NCBI GenBank assembly: GCA_043228905.1
Contig: JBHGNT010000011.1
Span: 4,340,001 to 4,404,000 of the forward strand
Direction: 5' to 3'
Source of the DNA: Azolla caroliniana
Taxonomy: Eukaryota > Plantae > Polypodiophyta
DNA length: 64,000 nucleotides
Below the pieces are notes generated by a model. It did not search any database. It was not told where the DNA came from and saw nothing but the letters and a program-made list of their open reading frames with translations. Made by a program: the position numbers and the translations under genes. Below, in pieces: positions 40,701 to 54,094 of the stretch; the first letter of the stretch is position 1; every line of letters starts with the position of its first letter.

Positions 40701-43700
40701 AAAGGGTCAAAATATACAAAAAAGGAGTCCCTGGTGCCTTTGTCCCCAACACATCTATATCCTTAAAATCATCATGACAATTATTCTTTCAGCACTGGTC
40801 CACAAGTTTGGATATTATCTCCATTTCATGGAAACATGATGTGAGGATAGCTCTTGACCAAGGTTTTCAGGTTCCTTTAAGGCAAGTTCTGGGAAATAAA
40901 CACTTGACCTCTTCCATGAAAGGCTCATGTGCTGCATATCCTTGCGAATATTGAGCTCATGAGTGTATTTAAAAACACTTTTCTTGTGCATCGGCCTGGA
41001 TGACTTAGTTTACCGAGGTATAAATCATTATGATGCTTATTCTTTCTGCACCAGTTCGTGAGTTTGAATATTGTTTCCATGTAAAGCTAACACGATGTAA
41101 GGATAGTAGTTGGCAAAGTTTTTCAGGTTATTTCAAGGCACATTCTTGATTTAAAAACATAATTTCTTCCATGAAGTGCTCATGTGCTGCATGTCCTTGC
41201 ACATATTGAGTTTATGGATGTACTTCAAAACACTTTTCTTATGCATCTGTCTGGATGACTTAGTTTACCAAGGTTTAAATGACTGATACTTATTCTTTCA
41301 GCATTTGTTCACAAGTGTGAATATCACCTTCATTTCAAGCTAACATGATTTAAGGATAGTACTTGTCAAAGTTTTTCAGGTTCCTTTAAGGGAAGTTCCA
41401 GATATAAAGACTTCACCTCTTCCACGAAGTGCTCATGTACTGCATATCCTTGCACATATTGAGCTTAATGCAGTTGATTTGGCTTGGGATACTGTTGTAC
41501 GATTCTCCAAAGATAGTGATGTTTTGGATCATCAATTTTTTGCCGATTTTGCACATGTCGCTGATGATGAGAGTCGTCACTTTGGTTGGTGTTCACAACG
41601 GCTATCTGAACTTGGTTTTTGGTAAGTGTTAAGTAAATAAGTTTATAATCGGCAGGTGTTCAAACATGAATATCGTTTTATCTCAATAACAGCTATGGAG
41701 ACATGTCAGCTCATAATATGCTTATTTCTGAAGGCCAGAAGTCAGCAGCGAATGTCATGGCTCGTCTTGCTGTTGTTCCAATGGTACAGGTAATTTCAAC
41801 AGAAAATGATGTTTTGAGGTCTCTGCACTGTATTATAATCCCTCGAGTATGTCTATGGCATGACGTGCCCAGGCATCTATCTCTTTTGTGAACATACAAC
41901 AGTATTGATATGTGTGATGTAGTTTGGATAAACTATTATGCCACTTTGCTTAGCTTCTCCTGTCAGATTTCATGAATCATGCAGATTGTAAAGTGTCTCA
42001 ATATTTTTTAAACACCATTAAGTAGTCTATCTAGTTGAGATAAATATTTCTTGATCAATCAAACAAAACTATATCGTCATTTGTGTGGGTTCTAATAATA
42101 ATATTGGTTTCCTGTCATTCTCACATAAAGTTCTCTGTGAAGCTTTAGGTTTGGAGTGCAAGATCATACTTCTTTCACTAGCCACAACAATTATATCATA
42201 TAGATAACTACCTTTCATGGAACACATGACTGCTTGATGCTTGAGTCTGTAGATTTTTCTATATAGGAGGCACGTGGATTGGATGCTGGACCCAAACTTG
42301 CAGAACGATTAGTTGGATGGGGTGATGTACGCTCTGCCAGCATTGTCAATCAAATTTCAGAGGAGGAGCTCGCACATGTTGCTGTGGGTGTATCATGGTT
42401 TTTGACTGTATGCAAAATGATGAAAAAGACCCCTAGTACAACTTTTAAAGGTATATTTCATGCTTCTTTGGAGTCTTATCTGCTTTTCTAATTTAAATAT
42501 AAATTTGAAGAACTTTAGTGTAACCTAAGTAGCAATTAATCATGGACAAGGTGCATGCAACAAAATTCCTAGATGCATAAGAAATACACGTGAGGAAATA
42601 AAAATACACTTGATTGTACTTCAGAAGAAAGTTGCTCCTTGAGCTCAGGACTAATCATGTGATGGAAAGAGTTATTGCATTAGAAAAGCAGCATATTCCC
42701 CAAATACATGATTGTTGCTCTAATTCAAAATGTCTTGATATATAATTATAATTTAGATTTGATGCGAGACTTGAAGGTTGAAGTGAAAGGGCCATTCAAT
42801 CATCTAGCACGAGCAAAAGCAGGCCTTCCTCGGAGCTGGTAAGCTCTACTAAAGCTAAACTGATATAGTGGGACAAGATTCTGTTTGTGGATATGGTTTA
42901 TTGTTTTCTTGGTTGTTTAATGCGGAGTTTTGTTGACTTCAATATGCAAAATATCTTTTGCAGCAGTGATTGATTAGAGCTTGAAATAATTTCCGACTTT
43001 CGGGAAAGTAATTCAGAAACCAACTTGGAGAGCTTTCTTTCGAGGGGGAAACACACTGGCATATAGGTTTTAGAATGCCTTTACGAGATAACTAGCTCCT
43101 TTCTTATTGAGAATCCTCTAAACATTAGTATACTGGACTAGTGCAAAATTTCTTTAATAGTGTGTCTTTGTTAATTAGGTCTAATTAGGTGTACCACTTC
43201 CTGGTTGACTGTGTATAGATTTCCTATCTAGACCAAGAGATTTATGAAGAAACCCCTTTGGTTTGGAGATATGAGTCCAAACCAGTTCAAAGATGATTGT
43301 GGATTGGGAATTACTGAATAAGCAAAATTTTCATGAACAATTATGGTTCAATGGATTGTTTTTGGATGACTCCCTTAGCTAGATGTGCAGTGCACATTTA
43401 TTCACGTTGTCATGAAGTTCACACTGCATGAGGTAAAATTGGTGGAATTTCAGCATCTATAGCTAGGCTTAGTGATAACGGGTCATTAGAGCAAAAAGTA
43501 TGTGAATCAGACGTCCAGAGATTTGAGTTGTAGTCTCTCGAATATTTGGGCCATATTTTGTGAATTTAATAAAGGATCGGTCTAAATGTAAGGAAGACCG
43601 TTTTTATAATTATAAATTAGTATAGGCCTTAAATATTTAAGGCCATATGGTGTAATTTGAGGGAATTATTGGCCTGAATCTGAACGTGACCATTTTTAGA

Positions 43701-44525
43701 AGGATCTAGAAACTTCTAGAGAAGCTGAGAAGCATCTCAACCATCCTAAACATTCAAATTTTGTTTTCATGAATAGTCGGTAGGTAGACCGTAAGCTTAA
43801 TGTTTCCATGTGTTCATAGTGAAATAGAAAAGAGTTAAATAAGCCCTAATTTATATAGTACCATATTAAAAATTTACACTTGAGTGCATCTTTAAACAAA
43901 AAAAATAAAAACACAAAAAGCTATAGTAGAGCTGTAAAATAAATCATGGCATTTAGCAATCAGAGGAATATTTTTGCTCACATTTATAATTGATAATGCA
44001 GACTAATGGTGATTGACAAGCACTTCTAGTTTGAACTAGAATCTTTATGCGATCTTATTTGACCCTCATTATTAGGTATGATCCAGCAAAACCTGATTGT
44101 TTGCTAACAGTGGAAGAATCTATGCAAAGTAGGCCTAGCAGTTCTAGCCAGGGCCAACTAACACTGGAACAGGTATTTAAGGAGATTCCCTTGCATATTC
44201 AATAAAACAATGTAGAGAGCCTCATCTTTGAAGGCAAAGTTTTCTATTAATGAAATATGGAGTTTTTCTAACTATAGGAAATGGAAGGAAGATCAAAGAA
44301 AACACTAGCTTTGGAGCAGAACAGTACTAGTCGCATGGATGAGGTTTGTAAATTTGATAATATGATGTTTTGTGTCTTTGCTTTTGAATATGAGATTCAT
44401 ATATAATGTATTTGATGCATGTGTGTATGCATATGATGAATAAAATCCTTTGATATTCCTCCATTTGGAAGGTCTACAATCGGCTTGAATATCTTGTGGC
44501 AATGGAGAAAGAGAATACGTCTTGA
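37776..44525 (+). CDS. DUF455 ferritin-like (diiron) protein, 7 exons, 389 aa, with a possible organellar transit peptide
   Basis: GT-AG exons: 37776-38189, 41380-41621, 41693-41789, 42267-42450, 42757-42838, 44076-44172, 44472-44525 (1170 nt, phases consistent). Motifs: PARP, LHILAHIELNAVDLAWD, DDESRHF, YGDM..HN, EARGLDAGP, EEELAHVAVGVSWF, KGPFN..AR..AG. The N-terminal WSGLQGWRE block and VYNRL..ME.EN end resemble the Arabidopsis At1g06240-type protein (from memory). Confidence 0.93.
38582..39073. repeat. 29-bp minisatellite with 145-bp higher-order repeat in intron 1 of the DUF455 gene
   Basis: 17 units of ttcttattgaaagtatagaagggaatgtg variants, ordered ABCDE x3, then C and A. Confidence 0.95.
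40290..41379 (+). repeat. Three degenerate tandem copies of the intron-1 3' end plus the start of exon 2
   Basis: gttttcag|gtt..ttccatgaa..gctcatgtgctgc.t.tccttg with pseudo-exon starts at 40402, 40871 and 41127; the true exon starts at 41380. Confidence 0.88.
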
Positions 44526-45129
44526 TTAATCCTTCCAAAATATAATTATGGTGATATAGGATAATGGCTTGAGGATGCCCCAATGTTGTATCGATTATGC
44601 ACTCTGGTTGATAATTTATTTTCATGTCTTGAAGCCTAAATGGTTAATGGCGACAAAAGTTGTATGGTGTACTGAATCCTGCTGTTATTAAAAGTTTTGT
44701 ATCATGACAATTTGTGATATAAAAATATCTGAACTAAGTGGTAGAAATGCTGGTTTTCTTGACATACACTTGCCCAAAGATTTTAATCAAATGATTAATG
44801 GATATTCCACTGAAGTGCCTCTTGGGTATTTCAATAAAATGGTTGACGGGTATTGACGATGCCTATGCATTCTTTTTGCACCTTGATTGTGAACCAACAA
44901 TATTTTTCAATGAATAGGCTAAAGTAGGTAATGCTTAATCTTGTATTTCCATTGAACTTACCATGAGTCATAGCATTATAACCAAAATCCAAGGCAACAA
45001 CTAAACATGATACCGAAAGGATTCAAGGTTTAAACAAATTCAATATAATGTTCACTTGTTGATATATGCCAAAAATCAAGGGAGCAAAGGTACATGATAC
45101 CCAAAGGAGGGGTGGCAAAAACTTCAAAA

Positions 45130-46360
45130 CAATTACAAGACCTAGGAGTGGTGGCATCTATGATAAAGAAGGGATTGAAAGCTCGAGTTTTTATTGTTAA
45201 AAGATGATGGGGGCAATGATGTTGGACCCCAAACATTTGAATGGATGATGTCGAGCTTGTTTTGCCTCCAATTTTGCTCATTCGGGAAAAGAAGCCGATG
45301 TTTCTTTCCAAGTTGACATGCTTCACAAATTTGGCCCTTCTGGCCACTAAATTTCAGCAAGCTGTAAACAAGTTTTTTCGATTGTATGTCTTGAAGCCTT
45401 GGAAAGTTGATGTGGTTGTACCACTTGTGCGACAGGTCGATGTTTGATTCGACCTTTTGTCCCTTCGCATACATAGCGGTGTCGATATCATTCATATCAA
45501 GGATTAATATCCTCCCTTTTTATCGCCCACACGCAAAGTACTATATTGTTTTGTGTCCTGTATGCACAACCAGATGTTGAGCTACATTAGAGAAGTGAAG
45601 TAGTCGAAGGTGGCTTGGGAAAAGCTAAAGAAGATTTTTGTTGTAAGTACCACAACCTGCAAGTTGTAGCTCCGGTAGGAGCTCAACAATATCCGCCAAA
45701 GGTATATGTCGATGATCGACTACACCACCAAGATTAAAGAGATTTGTGATGCCTCGGGTTCCATCAACGTGATGATGGACGAGGATGAGATGGTGCAAAT
45801 TTGTCTTAGAGATCTAGCTCAAAGGTATGGGCCAATGTGAACAGCAATCTGCATAAGAGAGAAGTCACCAGCCTTTTTTGACCTACAATCGATGCTTCTA
45901 GTCGAAGAAAACCACATGAGGACAACAAAGAGTGTGTCCTCAAACGATAGAATGTTGTACACGGAGGTGAATTGGCCCTGTGGTCATGGAAGGAGAGGTG
46001 GTTTGGCTAGCACTATTGCGTGACAAGCTCAACATGAGTCGAATCTGCTAAAGGCCAAAAGGTGAGTCGGTTGAAGAAGCCCAAAGCCGGATCGGCTGAG
46101 GGGAGTCGGCTAAGGAAGTCGGATGTCGGATTGGTTGAAGAAGCCAAGAGCCGGATCGATTGGAAACCGACAAGCTGTTAAGGGCCTACCTTCCCAATTT
46201 AGTAAATACTGTTAGATGCTCACATATGAGCATTAAAGTACTTGCCAGTACTTGAGTAAGCCCAAACGTCAGAGGGCTTGTATAAAAAGTGCTCACTGAG
46301 TACATTGTGATGTACAGAGTGTTATTATTTTGAATTTAACACATTTGCGTTCACAAGGGG
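45130..46360. mobile_element. Scrambled Ty1/copia fragments of the 21.8-kb family
   Basis: Minus-strand pre-integrase piece 45140-45530 (ICEACQLGK), plus-strand gag piece 45540-46010 (YTTKIKEICD..FFDLQSMLLVEENH), plus-strand LTR remnant ~46015-46360. Confidence 0.8.
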
Positions 46361-46577
46361 AAGGATCGCGCATAAATGGAAAGAAAAGGAATATTCTGTT
46401 TGATTTTAGTACTTTTTCAGTGATAATACAAACACATTGATACCAATATCATAAATTTTCAAATATACTATGAAAAAGGTTTAAAATCCATCATTTTCGT
46501 GATTTAAAAATAAATAAATAAAATGAAACTTCAAAAAGTTACATTCTCAATTTATATCATAGACTTTACAACCAATG

Positions 46578-47504
46578 TATTCCCCCTCAAGCTTGGCAAG
46601 TGAGGGATCGTCAGTCCAAGGTCTAACATGAATTGCAGAAGCTTATCAGCTCCTAGGGCCTTGGTAAAGATGTCGGTTATCTGAATATTTGTGTTGATGT
46701 GTTAAAGATTGACATCTCCGGCTTGAACACGCTCTCGAATGAAGTGATAGTGCACTTCGATATGCTTTGTGCGTGCGTGGAACACCGGGTTTCGAGCCAG
46801 ATAAATACTGCTCATGTTGTCACAATAAATGGGAGTTGGATCCTTGATGGGAACGCCCAGATCCTTCAAAATCCTCTTGAGCCATACGACTTCACATGCA
46901 GCCACGATTGTGCCCCTGTATTCGGCCTCCGTGCTTGAAAGTGCGATAGTAGGCTACTTCCTACTACTCCAAGATATTGCTCCGCTGCCGAGAGAGAAGA
47001 CAAATCCAGAGGTTGATCGTCGATCGTCAATTGGCTCTATAGTCAGCCCAATCGGTATCTACGTATCCTTCGAGTCGAATTGGTGTAGCCGATTCATAGA
47101 GAATACCACAATCCATTCTACCGCTCATGTATCGTAACACTCGCTTAGCACAATTGAAATGAATATCTCGCAGAGTTTGCATGAATTGGCTAAGGAGGCC
47201 GACCAGATAGCTGAGGTCGGGTCGAGCGATCGTGAGATAGATGAGGCTCCTGATTAGTTGTCGATACTGAGTCGACTCCCACTCTTGTGTGCCGGAGTCG
47301 GCACCCAATTTGAGGTCTCGATCAAGAGGGGTTGCCACAAATATACAGTTAGTCATTCTGAACATGTATAACAAGTTGAGGATGTAGTGTCGTTGGGAGA
47401 TCATAATGCCAGCTGGAGTCTAAATTACCTCGATGCCAAGGAAGTAATGGAGCTCCTAGCTCCTTCATGTTCGTCATCTCGAATTTGTTGGAGAGGGACT
47501 TCAT
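46578..47504 (-). mobile_element. Ty1/copia RT C-terminus, RNase H and PPT
   Basis: HYFLGIEV, ARPDLSY, GYVDTDWAD, EAEYRG, YCDNMSS, FHARTKHIEVHYHFIRE, DIFTKALG; tccccctcaag at ~46581. Confidence 0.9.
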
Positions 47505-49145
47505 TGTTAAGAGTCTATTACTAATCAATAGACCAAAGTAAAGTAAAAGAAGGAAAATAGATTGGATAGAAGAACCCGTTCCACCCGACCATCCTTGAGC
47601 TATGATCTAGACATAGCCAACCTACCACCGACGTCCCATACCTCTAGATATTAGGATGACTAATACCTTGGAAGAGATAAACACAATCATCGAGACGAAA
47701 CGATGTCTAAGACTGTTCCTTCCAACGTAATGTCCTTATGAGGGTAGCTAAGCCTCATATTTATACCTTTTCCTAGGCCCCTTGAATAGATGACCACTGA
47801 TGTCTAAGATTGTTCCTTCCAACGTAATGTCCTTATGAGGGTAGCTAAGCCTCATATTTATACCTTTTCCTAGGCCCCTTGAATAGATGACCACTGATGT
47901 CTAAGATTGTTCCTTCCAACGTAATGTCCTTATGAGGGTAGCTAAGCCTCATATTTATACCTTTTCCTAGGCCCCTTGAATAGATGTGCCTTTCTAAAAG
48001 GGTCTCCATTCATTGGTTGCCTAAATCATGATAGTGCATGCACCTATCATTCCTTCTATCCAATCACATTAGCCCCCTTTTTAACATTAGTGAACATACC
48101 CTTCACTAATGTAAATATTAGTGACCTACCCTCACCAACGTTATGTGTACATAACATACTCCCCTACTTTAAAAGATTGCACTCTTGCAATATAAAGTGA
48201 GGAAGTTGTGCCTTAAGAGTATACTCGTGTTCCCATGTGGCATCATCAATAGGTTTATCCATCCATTTGATTTGGAATAGCCGAATCTCTTTAGAACATA
48301 AACGTTTAGTACGAAAATCAAGAATTCGTTCAAGAACATGAGGTTTGTAAGAAAAATCCTCTAATGTTACAAGATCTTGGATTGTGATGGTGTTATCACC
48401 AGAGCCTAAAAATGGTTTTAGACGACTAACGTGAAAACAAGATGAATACCAACACCCAAGTTGTGGGTAAGTTCTTTGTAGTCCTTAGGCCGCGCCACCA
48501 AGTAGCATCTCGGCCACCTAACTCATGACCGACATAACCAATTTTTACAGCATCGGGCTTGGGGTAGAGCTCAAAGTGAGACTCCCAACGACCAAGCCAA
48601 GTGCTAATGGCCTCCTCGGTTCTTTCTTTCTTATCTCCCTTGAATGGAATTACTCCGAAAGAAGGTTCACCTTCTTTCTTGGACTCAATAGTCAATTCCT
48701 CGAATTTCTTTTCCAATGCCATATTGACTTGCCTCATTTCGGCCAATTGATTCAAGGTAGTAGTGAGCAATTGCTCAATTGTGATCTCAGCTTGTGTGCG
48801 ACATGCAGATTGGATTAAGAGGTCTCGATCGGAGAGATTGCTCCAACAACGTTCAAAACTTGTTCCATGATGCAAGTTGTGAGTATACAATATAAATAAG
48901 GAGGTTCAGAAAATACACAAGCAAAATGAATGCTTGAAATTTTGATTGTAAGAACTTTACCAAGAAATCATCTCACGTCTTTACCCCTCTAGACATATGA
49001 GATGTGATTCGAGATCCCGATAACTATGGTAACACTACGGTGTTTTAAAAACCATGGGGGAAAACATATCTAAGATGTCTTTCTCGGATCTCTATCTTGA
49101 ATAATCATGGCGGCTCCCCGAGGATCAACCATGGTTCTAACATCA
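47505..49145 (-). mobile_element. Heavily deleted Ty3/gypsy chromovirus: 3' LTR, PPT, chromodomain, gag remnant
   Basis: LTR 47505-48156 (TG..CA), PPT at 48157-48169. Chromodomain ERILDFR..FQIKWMDKPIDDATWE (~48200-48350) is joined to gag (TWLGRWESHF..ATWWR..PTTW, 48440-48890). Degenerate PBS-like sequence at ~49130-49145. Confidence 0.8.
47702..47986. repeat. 97-bp triple tandem repeat inside the LTR
   Basis: Unit starts at 47702, 47799 and 47896; the copies are near identical. Confidence 0.95.
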
Positions 49146-49410
49146 ATGTAGTTTCCTAGTTAGCATTATATTAGAATGCCAACCCAACATGTATTGATAT
49201 GGTCGATAAAGTGTATTACGTAAAAAAACAAGTGCACTCGCAATTAATATTCTAGTCTTGCGAGTAGCAAGCAAATGTTATGAAAAAAAGAAAAAAAGAA
49301 GTCACTATCTATAAGAGTCAAGAAGTGACGAAAACAAGGTTCAAAAACCATGCGTTGTTTGCTATAAAAAAATACCACCAATAAGTGGATGGTGCAAGGT
49401 ATGCACATAT

Positions 49411-49702
49411 TGTCATGATATGGCAAGACCCAAACCCATGACCTTATGTTACATGGGTCGAGCTCTTGACCATTGGACTACATGTAATACAAAGAATATT
49501 ATTTTCATTTAAGTTTTACTATAGAAAATTGATGTATATTCCAGATTTCTCCAGAACATTCTAGAAACTTTAGGAGTACTCCTAAGAACGCTATAAAAGG
49601 AGGCACAAGGCATTATTTCGAACCAAATTGGTTCAACCCCAATCTTAAGCCTCCTAGATACTATTATATATTCCCTTAACATAATATATATCTTTTGTTA
49701 TC

Positions 49703-49740
<38 letters not shown>

Positions 49741-52700
49741 AATTCTACACCTCCCTTAGTACTAATCCTCATCTTTTAGTACTAATTCCTTCTTTGTTTT
49801 AGTACTGTTCCTGACAGTAATTCTTTGTCTTAGTACTGCTCTTGACAGTTTGAACTGATTTTTCTCTCCTTCCTTCTCTTCCTTTATCTTCTTACTTCTC
49901 CCTCCCTTCATACTAATCTCTTATTCCTCTTTTCTCACATATTATGGCCATTGTTAGCGCTCAAGAATATCAATCCGTTTTCTTAGAGCTGCAATGCTTG
50001 AAAGAGAAGTTCCTTGCTTTGGAACAAGAAAATCAACAGTTGTTGGGGGATCTTCAACAAATCTCCTTTGAAAAGCAGCAGATGCAACAATAACATGGGG
50101 AACTAGTGGTACGCGTGCAACAACTCTAAGCAACCTTAGTAGCCATGCAACAAGGACCCAGTACGCAATGGATTTATAAAGAACCCAAGATCGGCCTTCC
50201 CATGAAATTCATGGAACGCGATCACAGTTTAGAGGATTCCTTAACTAGGTATGATTAGTCATCTAAATGCATCATTCTAGATATCCCACTGATGCATCAC
50301 GAGTGGGGCTAGTAGGCACGGCTTTGGCAAGGTTCACCCCCCTGTTAGAAAAAAGCTCTCCCTTGTTAAATAATTTCAAAGAGTTTATTATCGAGTTTAA
50401 AGGCTGTTTTGGAGATACCAACAATGTTAGAACAACAATCAACAAAATCCGAAGATTGCGCCAAGGTGAGCGGCCAGCCTCGGCTTATGTTGCGTATTTC
50501 CGTCTTCTCGCCACCGATATTCCCTGGGATGACCAGGCATTAACGGAGCAATTTCGTTTTGGCCTATATATTGATGTTAAAGATTTACTCTTAACTTTCC
50601 CCGAGGAGCCAAAGTCATTGACAGAAGCAATCAACCGTGCAGTGCGATGCGATAATCATCTCTTCGAACGACATTCGGAACGTTAGTTCCAAATGCCACG
50701 AACAAGATCGGAGCCCACCTACACTTCAATCGTAGCAAAGCCTTTCCCAAGGGAGTCATTCAATACGTCTCCAACAAATACTCCGACTCCAATGGAAATC
50801 GACACCACACGTCGTCGCGGACCACTATCAGAAGAAGAAAAGCAACGACGCAAGGTAAATCGATTATGTCTTTATTGCGGTGGACCAGGGCATGTTGCAA
50901 TGAACTACCCCCATCGGCCGAAAAGGCAGGTAAATCAAATAACTGCTAGTACTAATAGTACTAAACCCGAGTCTATTTCTCTAGGTGTGTCTAATAGTCC
51001 TAATAGCCCAAGCCTTTCAAACAAATTTGAAATTCTTAGTCAACTAGAAGAAGAGTTAAACGATTAAGTTCAGCCAAAATAGGAGCCGTTTGGTTGGACA
51101 ACGCTAGATCTGTGCATCCCATTAGTGGTTCGATTTCCTCTAAGCAAGTTAGCAATGTGTTCTTAGCTCAAGTAATGGTCAGTACAAAAAGTACTCCTCT
51201 AGTACATGTCTTAGCACTCTTAGATTCCGGAGCCAACTTTTGCTTCATGGATAGGAATTTTGCCCAAGCTCATCAGATATCCCTAAAGAAACTCCCATTT
51301 CCAGCCTCTGTAATAGTCATTGATGGTCGTCCCATTGCTTCCGGGAATATTATAGATGAGTCAAAACCCGTTAATATTGTCCTAGATAACTTAGGGTGTG
51401 TAGTATCATTTAATATAATTAGTATCCCAAAACATCCCATTGTTTTGGGATTACCATGGTTCGAATTACATAACCCAGACATAGATTGGAGAACAACAAA
51501 AATACGGTGTCGACAAACCCGATGATCTACTCATAAGATTGCAACCATTTCGCTACATCAGTTGCGTGAGGAAGGATGCAAGGAAGAAATGTTTCTCTTC
51601 GCAATATAAGTAAACCCGTCTAGTATCAATAAAGAGGAGTCCACCGTTCAACTTCCAGCGAAGTATCGTCATTATGCCGATGTGTTCGATAAAGTACGAG
51701 CTAATACGCTTCCTCACCATCGACCGTATGATTGCCCCATCGATTTACAATCGGGAAAAGAGCCACCATGGGGACCGATCTACAATTTGTCACCAACCGA
51801 GCTAGAAGTGCTTCGAGCCTATATAGAGTAGAATTTGGCAAATGGTTTCATTTGACATTCAAAATCTCCAGCCGACACACCCATTTTCTTCGTCAAGAAA
51901 AATGAGCACTTCCCCTTATCTCAAGTCTTTTAGAATGGATCAATGGTGCAAGGTTCTTCACAAAGATCGACTTACGAGGAGCGTATAACCTCATACGGAT
52001 CTAACCAAGAGATGAATGGAAGACTGCGTTTCGCACCAAATATGGGGACTTTGAGTATACAGTCATGCCATTCGGCCTCACTAATGCGCCAACAGTCTTC
52101 CAGCACATGGAAAATGATATATTCTGAGATCTCTTGGATGATTTTCTAATCATCTATTTGAATGATTTTCTGATCATCTATTTGGATGATCTACTGGTTT
52201 ATTCAAAGACCCAAGAAGACCATGATTCTAATGTACTTTTAGTACTAAAACGACTTCGAGAACATGGCCTTTATGCAAAACTGGTACTATTCTTTAAGAT
52301 GTCATGTTGGATTACTATTCTTTAAGAAACTCTTGTATGTTCCTAATGGTACTTGTTGCCTTCAAGTAGTCCAAAACTGTCATGACACATATACAGTTGG
52401 GGATTTGGTAGTACTAAAACTCTAGATTTATTACAACGATCATTCTGGTGGCCCCATATGCGACAATTTGTCGAAGATTTTGTTCGGACTTGTGATACAT
52501 GTTGTAGAGCAAAAATGCCAAGGCATCATTTCTATGGTTTATGAGAACCATTACAAATTCCAAGCAAGCCATGTCAATCCATTGCTTTAGATTTCATCAC
52601 AGATCTTCTGGTCTCTAAGGGATTCGATGCAATCTTAGCAGTAGTATACGAAGATGGCCCATTTCTTGCCATGTACTAAGGAAATCTCCAGTGAAGAAAC

Positions 52701-54094
52701 TGCTGAAATTGTCATGCGTGAAGTATGTCGGCATCATGGCCTTCCCGATAGTATCATCAGCGACCGTGGACCCCAGTTCGTCTCAAGTTCTGGAAGCACC
52801 TCTTTAAAATTCTTAAGGTCACATGTAACCTCTCCTCCGGCCACCACCCGCAAATAGACGGCCAAGCAGAACGAAAAATCAAATGTTGGAGCAATATCTC
52901 CGGTGTTTTCTAAGCTATCATCACGATGACTAGGCGGATATTCTCCACTTCGTCAAATTTGCGTATAATAACTCTGTCCACTCATCGACAAAGGTTACAC
53001 CATTTAATGCGTATACAAGCTGTCACCCCCGGTGGTGTGTATTTGAAACTCTAGAGTTACCCACAAATCCTTGCGCAGGGGATCGTTTTGAGTGGTTACG
53101 CAAGATACAAGTGGATTTATCTATTCATCTAAAGCACGCTCAACAAACACACAAGGTTTATGCAAATCGTTGTCGCCTTCCATCCAGTTTTAACATTGTG
53201 ATCAGGTATGGCTACTACGATGACACATTAAGACTACTGGCCCATGCGAGAAGTTGATTATCGGCTATTAGACCCTTTCTGTATTATCGGAAAAAATTAA
53301 TGATGCTGCTTTTCGTCTCGATCTACCTCCGCAACTTAGAATATATCCGATGTTTCATAGTTCTCTCGTTGAACCCTATCAAGATAGCACCATCCCGGGT
53401 CGTATTAAAAAAACCTCCACCCCCAATCGAACTTGAAGATGGATTGAGTACGAGGTTGCTGCCATCCTCGATTCCAAGATTGTTCGCAACAAGCTCTACT
53501 ATTTAGTCGATTGGCTAGGATATAGTCCCAACGATCATACTTGGGAACCGATAGAGAATGTGACCAATGCTCGTGCTCCTCTTGAAGACTTTCATCGTCA
53601 ATATCCAAAGAAACTAGGTCCTCAATCCAAAATAACTCGTGACACTCGTCGTTTTAAAGGGGGGATAGTGTCATAATATGGCAAGACTCGAACCCATGAC
53701 CTTATATTACATTGGTCGAACTCTTACCATTAGGTTATGTATTGTAATACAAAAATTCTACTATAGAAAACTAATGTATATTCCAAATTTCTCTAGAACA
53801 TTCTAGAAACTTCAGGAGTACTCCTGAGAACACTATAAAAGGAGGCACAAAGCCTTATTTCGAACCAAATCGATTCAACGCCAGTCTTAAGCCTCATAGC
53901 TATTCTTGTACTTACTCTTCATATAATATAATATATCTTTTGTTATCATCATTCTCCTTCTCTCGTGAGTTCTACACCCTTCTCTCTCTCTTAGTACTAA
54001 TTCACATCTCTTAGTTCTAATTCCCTCTCTATCTTAGTACTAATTCGCATCTCTTAGTACTAATTCCCTCTCTATCTTAGTATTGTTCCTGATA
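49411..54094 (+). mobile_element. Ty3/gypsy chromovirus (Tcn1/sushi-like gag) with two LTRs; RT end and RNase H deleted
   Basis: LTRs 49411-~49847 and 53669-54094; PPT AAAGGGGGGATAG at 53656-53668. gag from 49944 (KEPKIGLP, LRQG, PMEID, LCLYCGGPGH), protease [23 protein letters not shown], integrase LDFITDL/SIISDRGPQF, chromodomain EYEVAAILDSK..YLVDWLGY..TWEP. Many stops. Confidence 0.95.
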
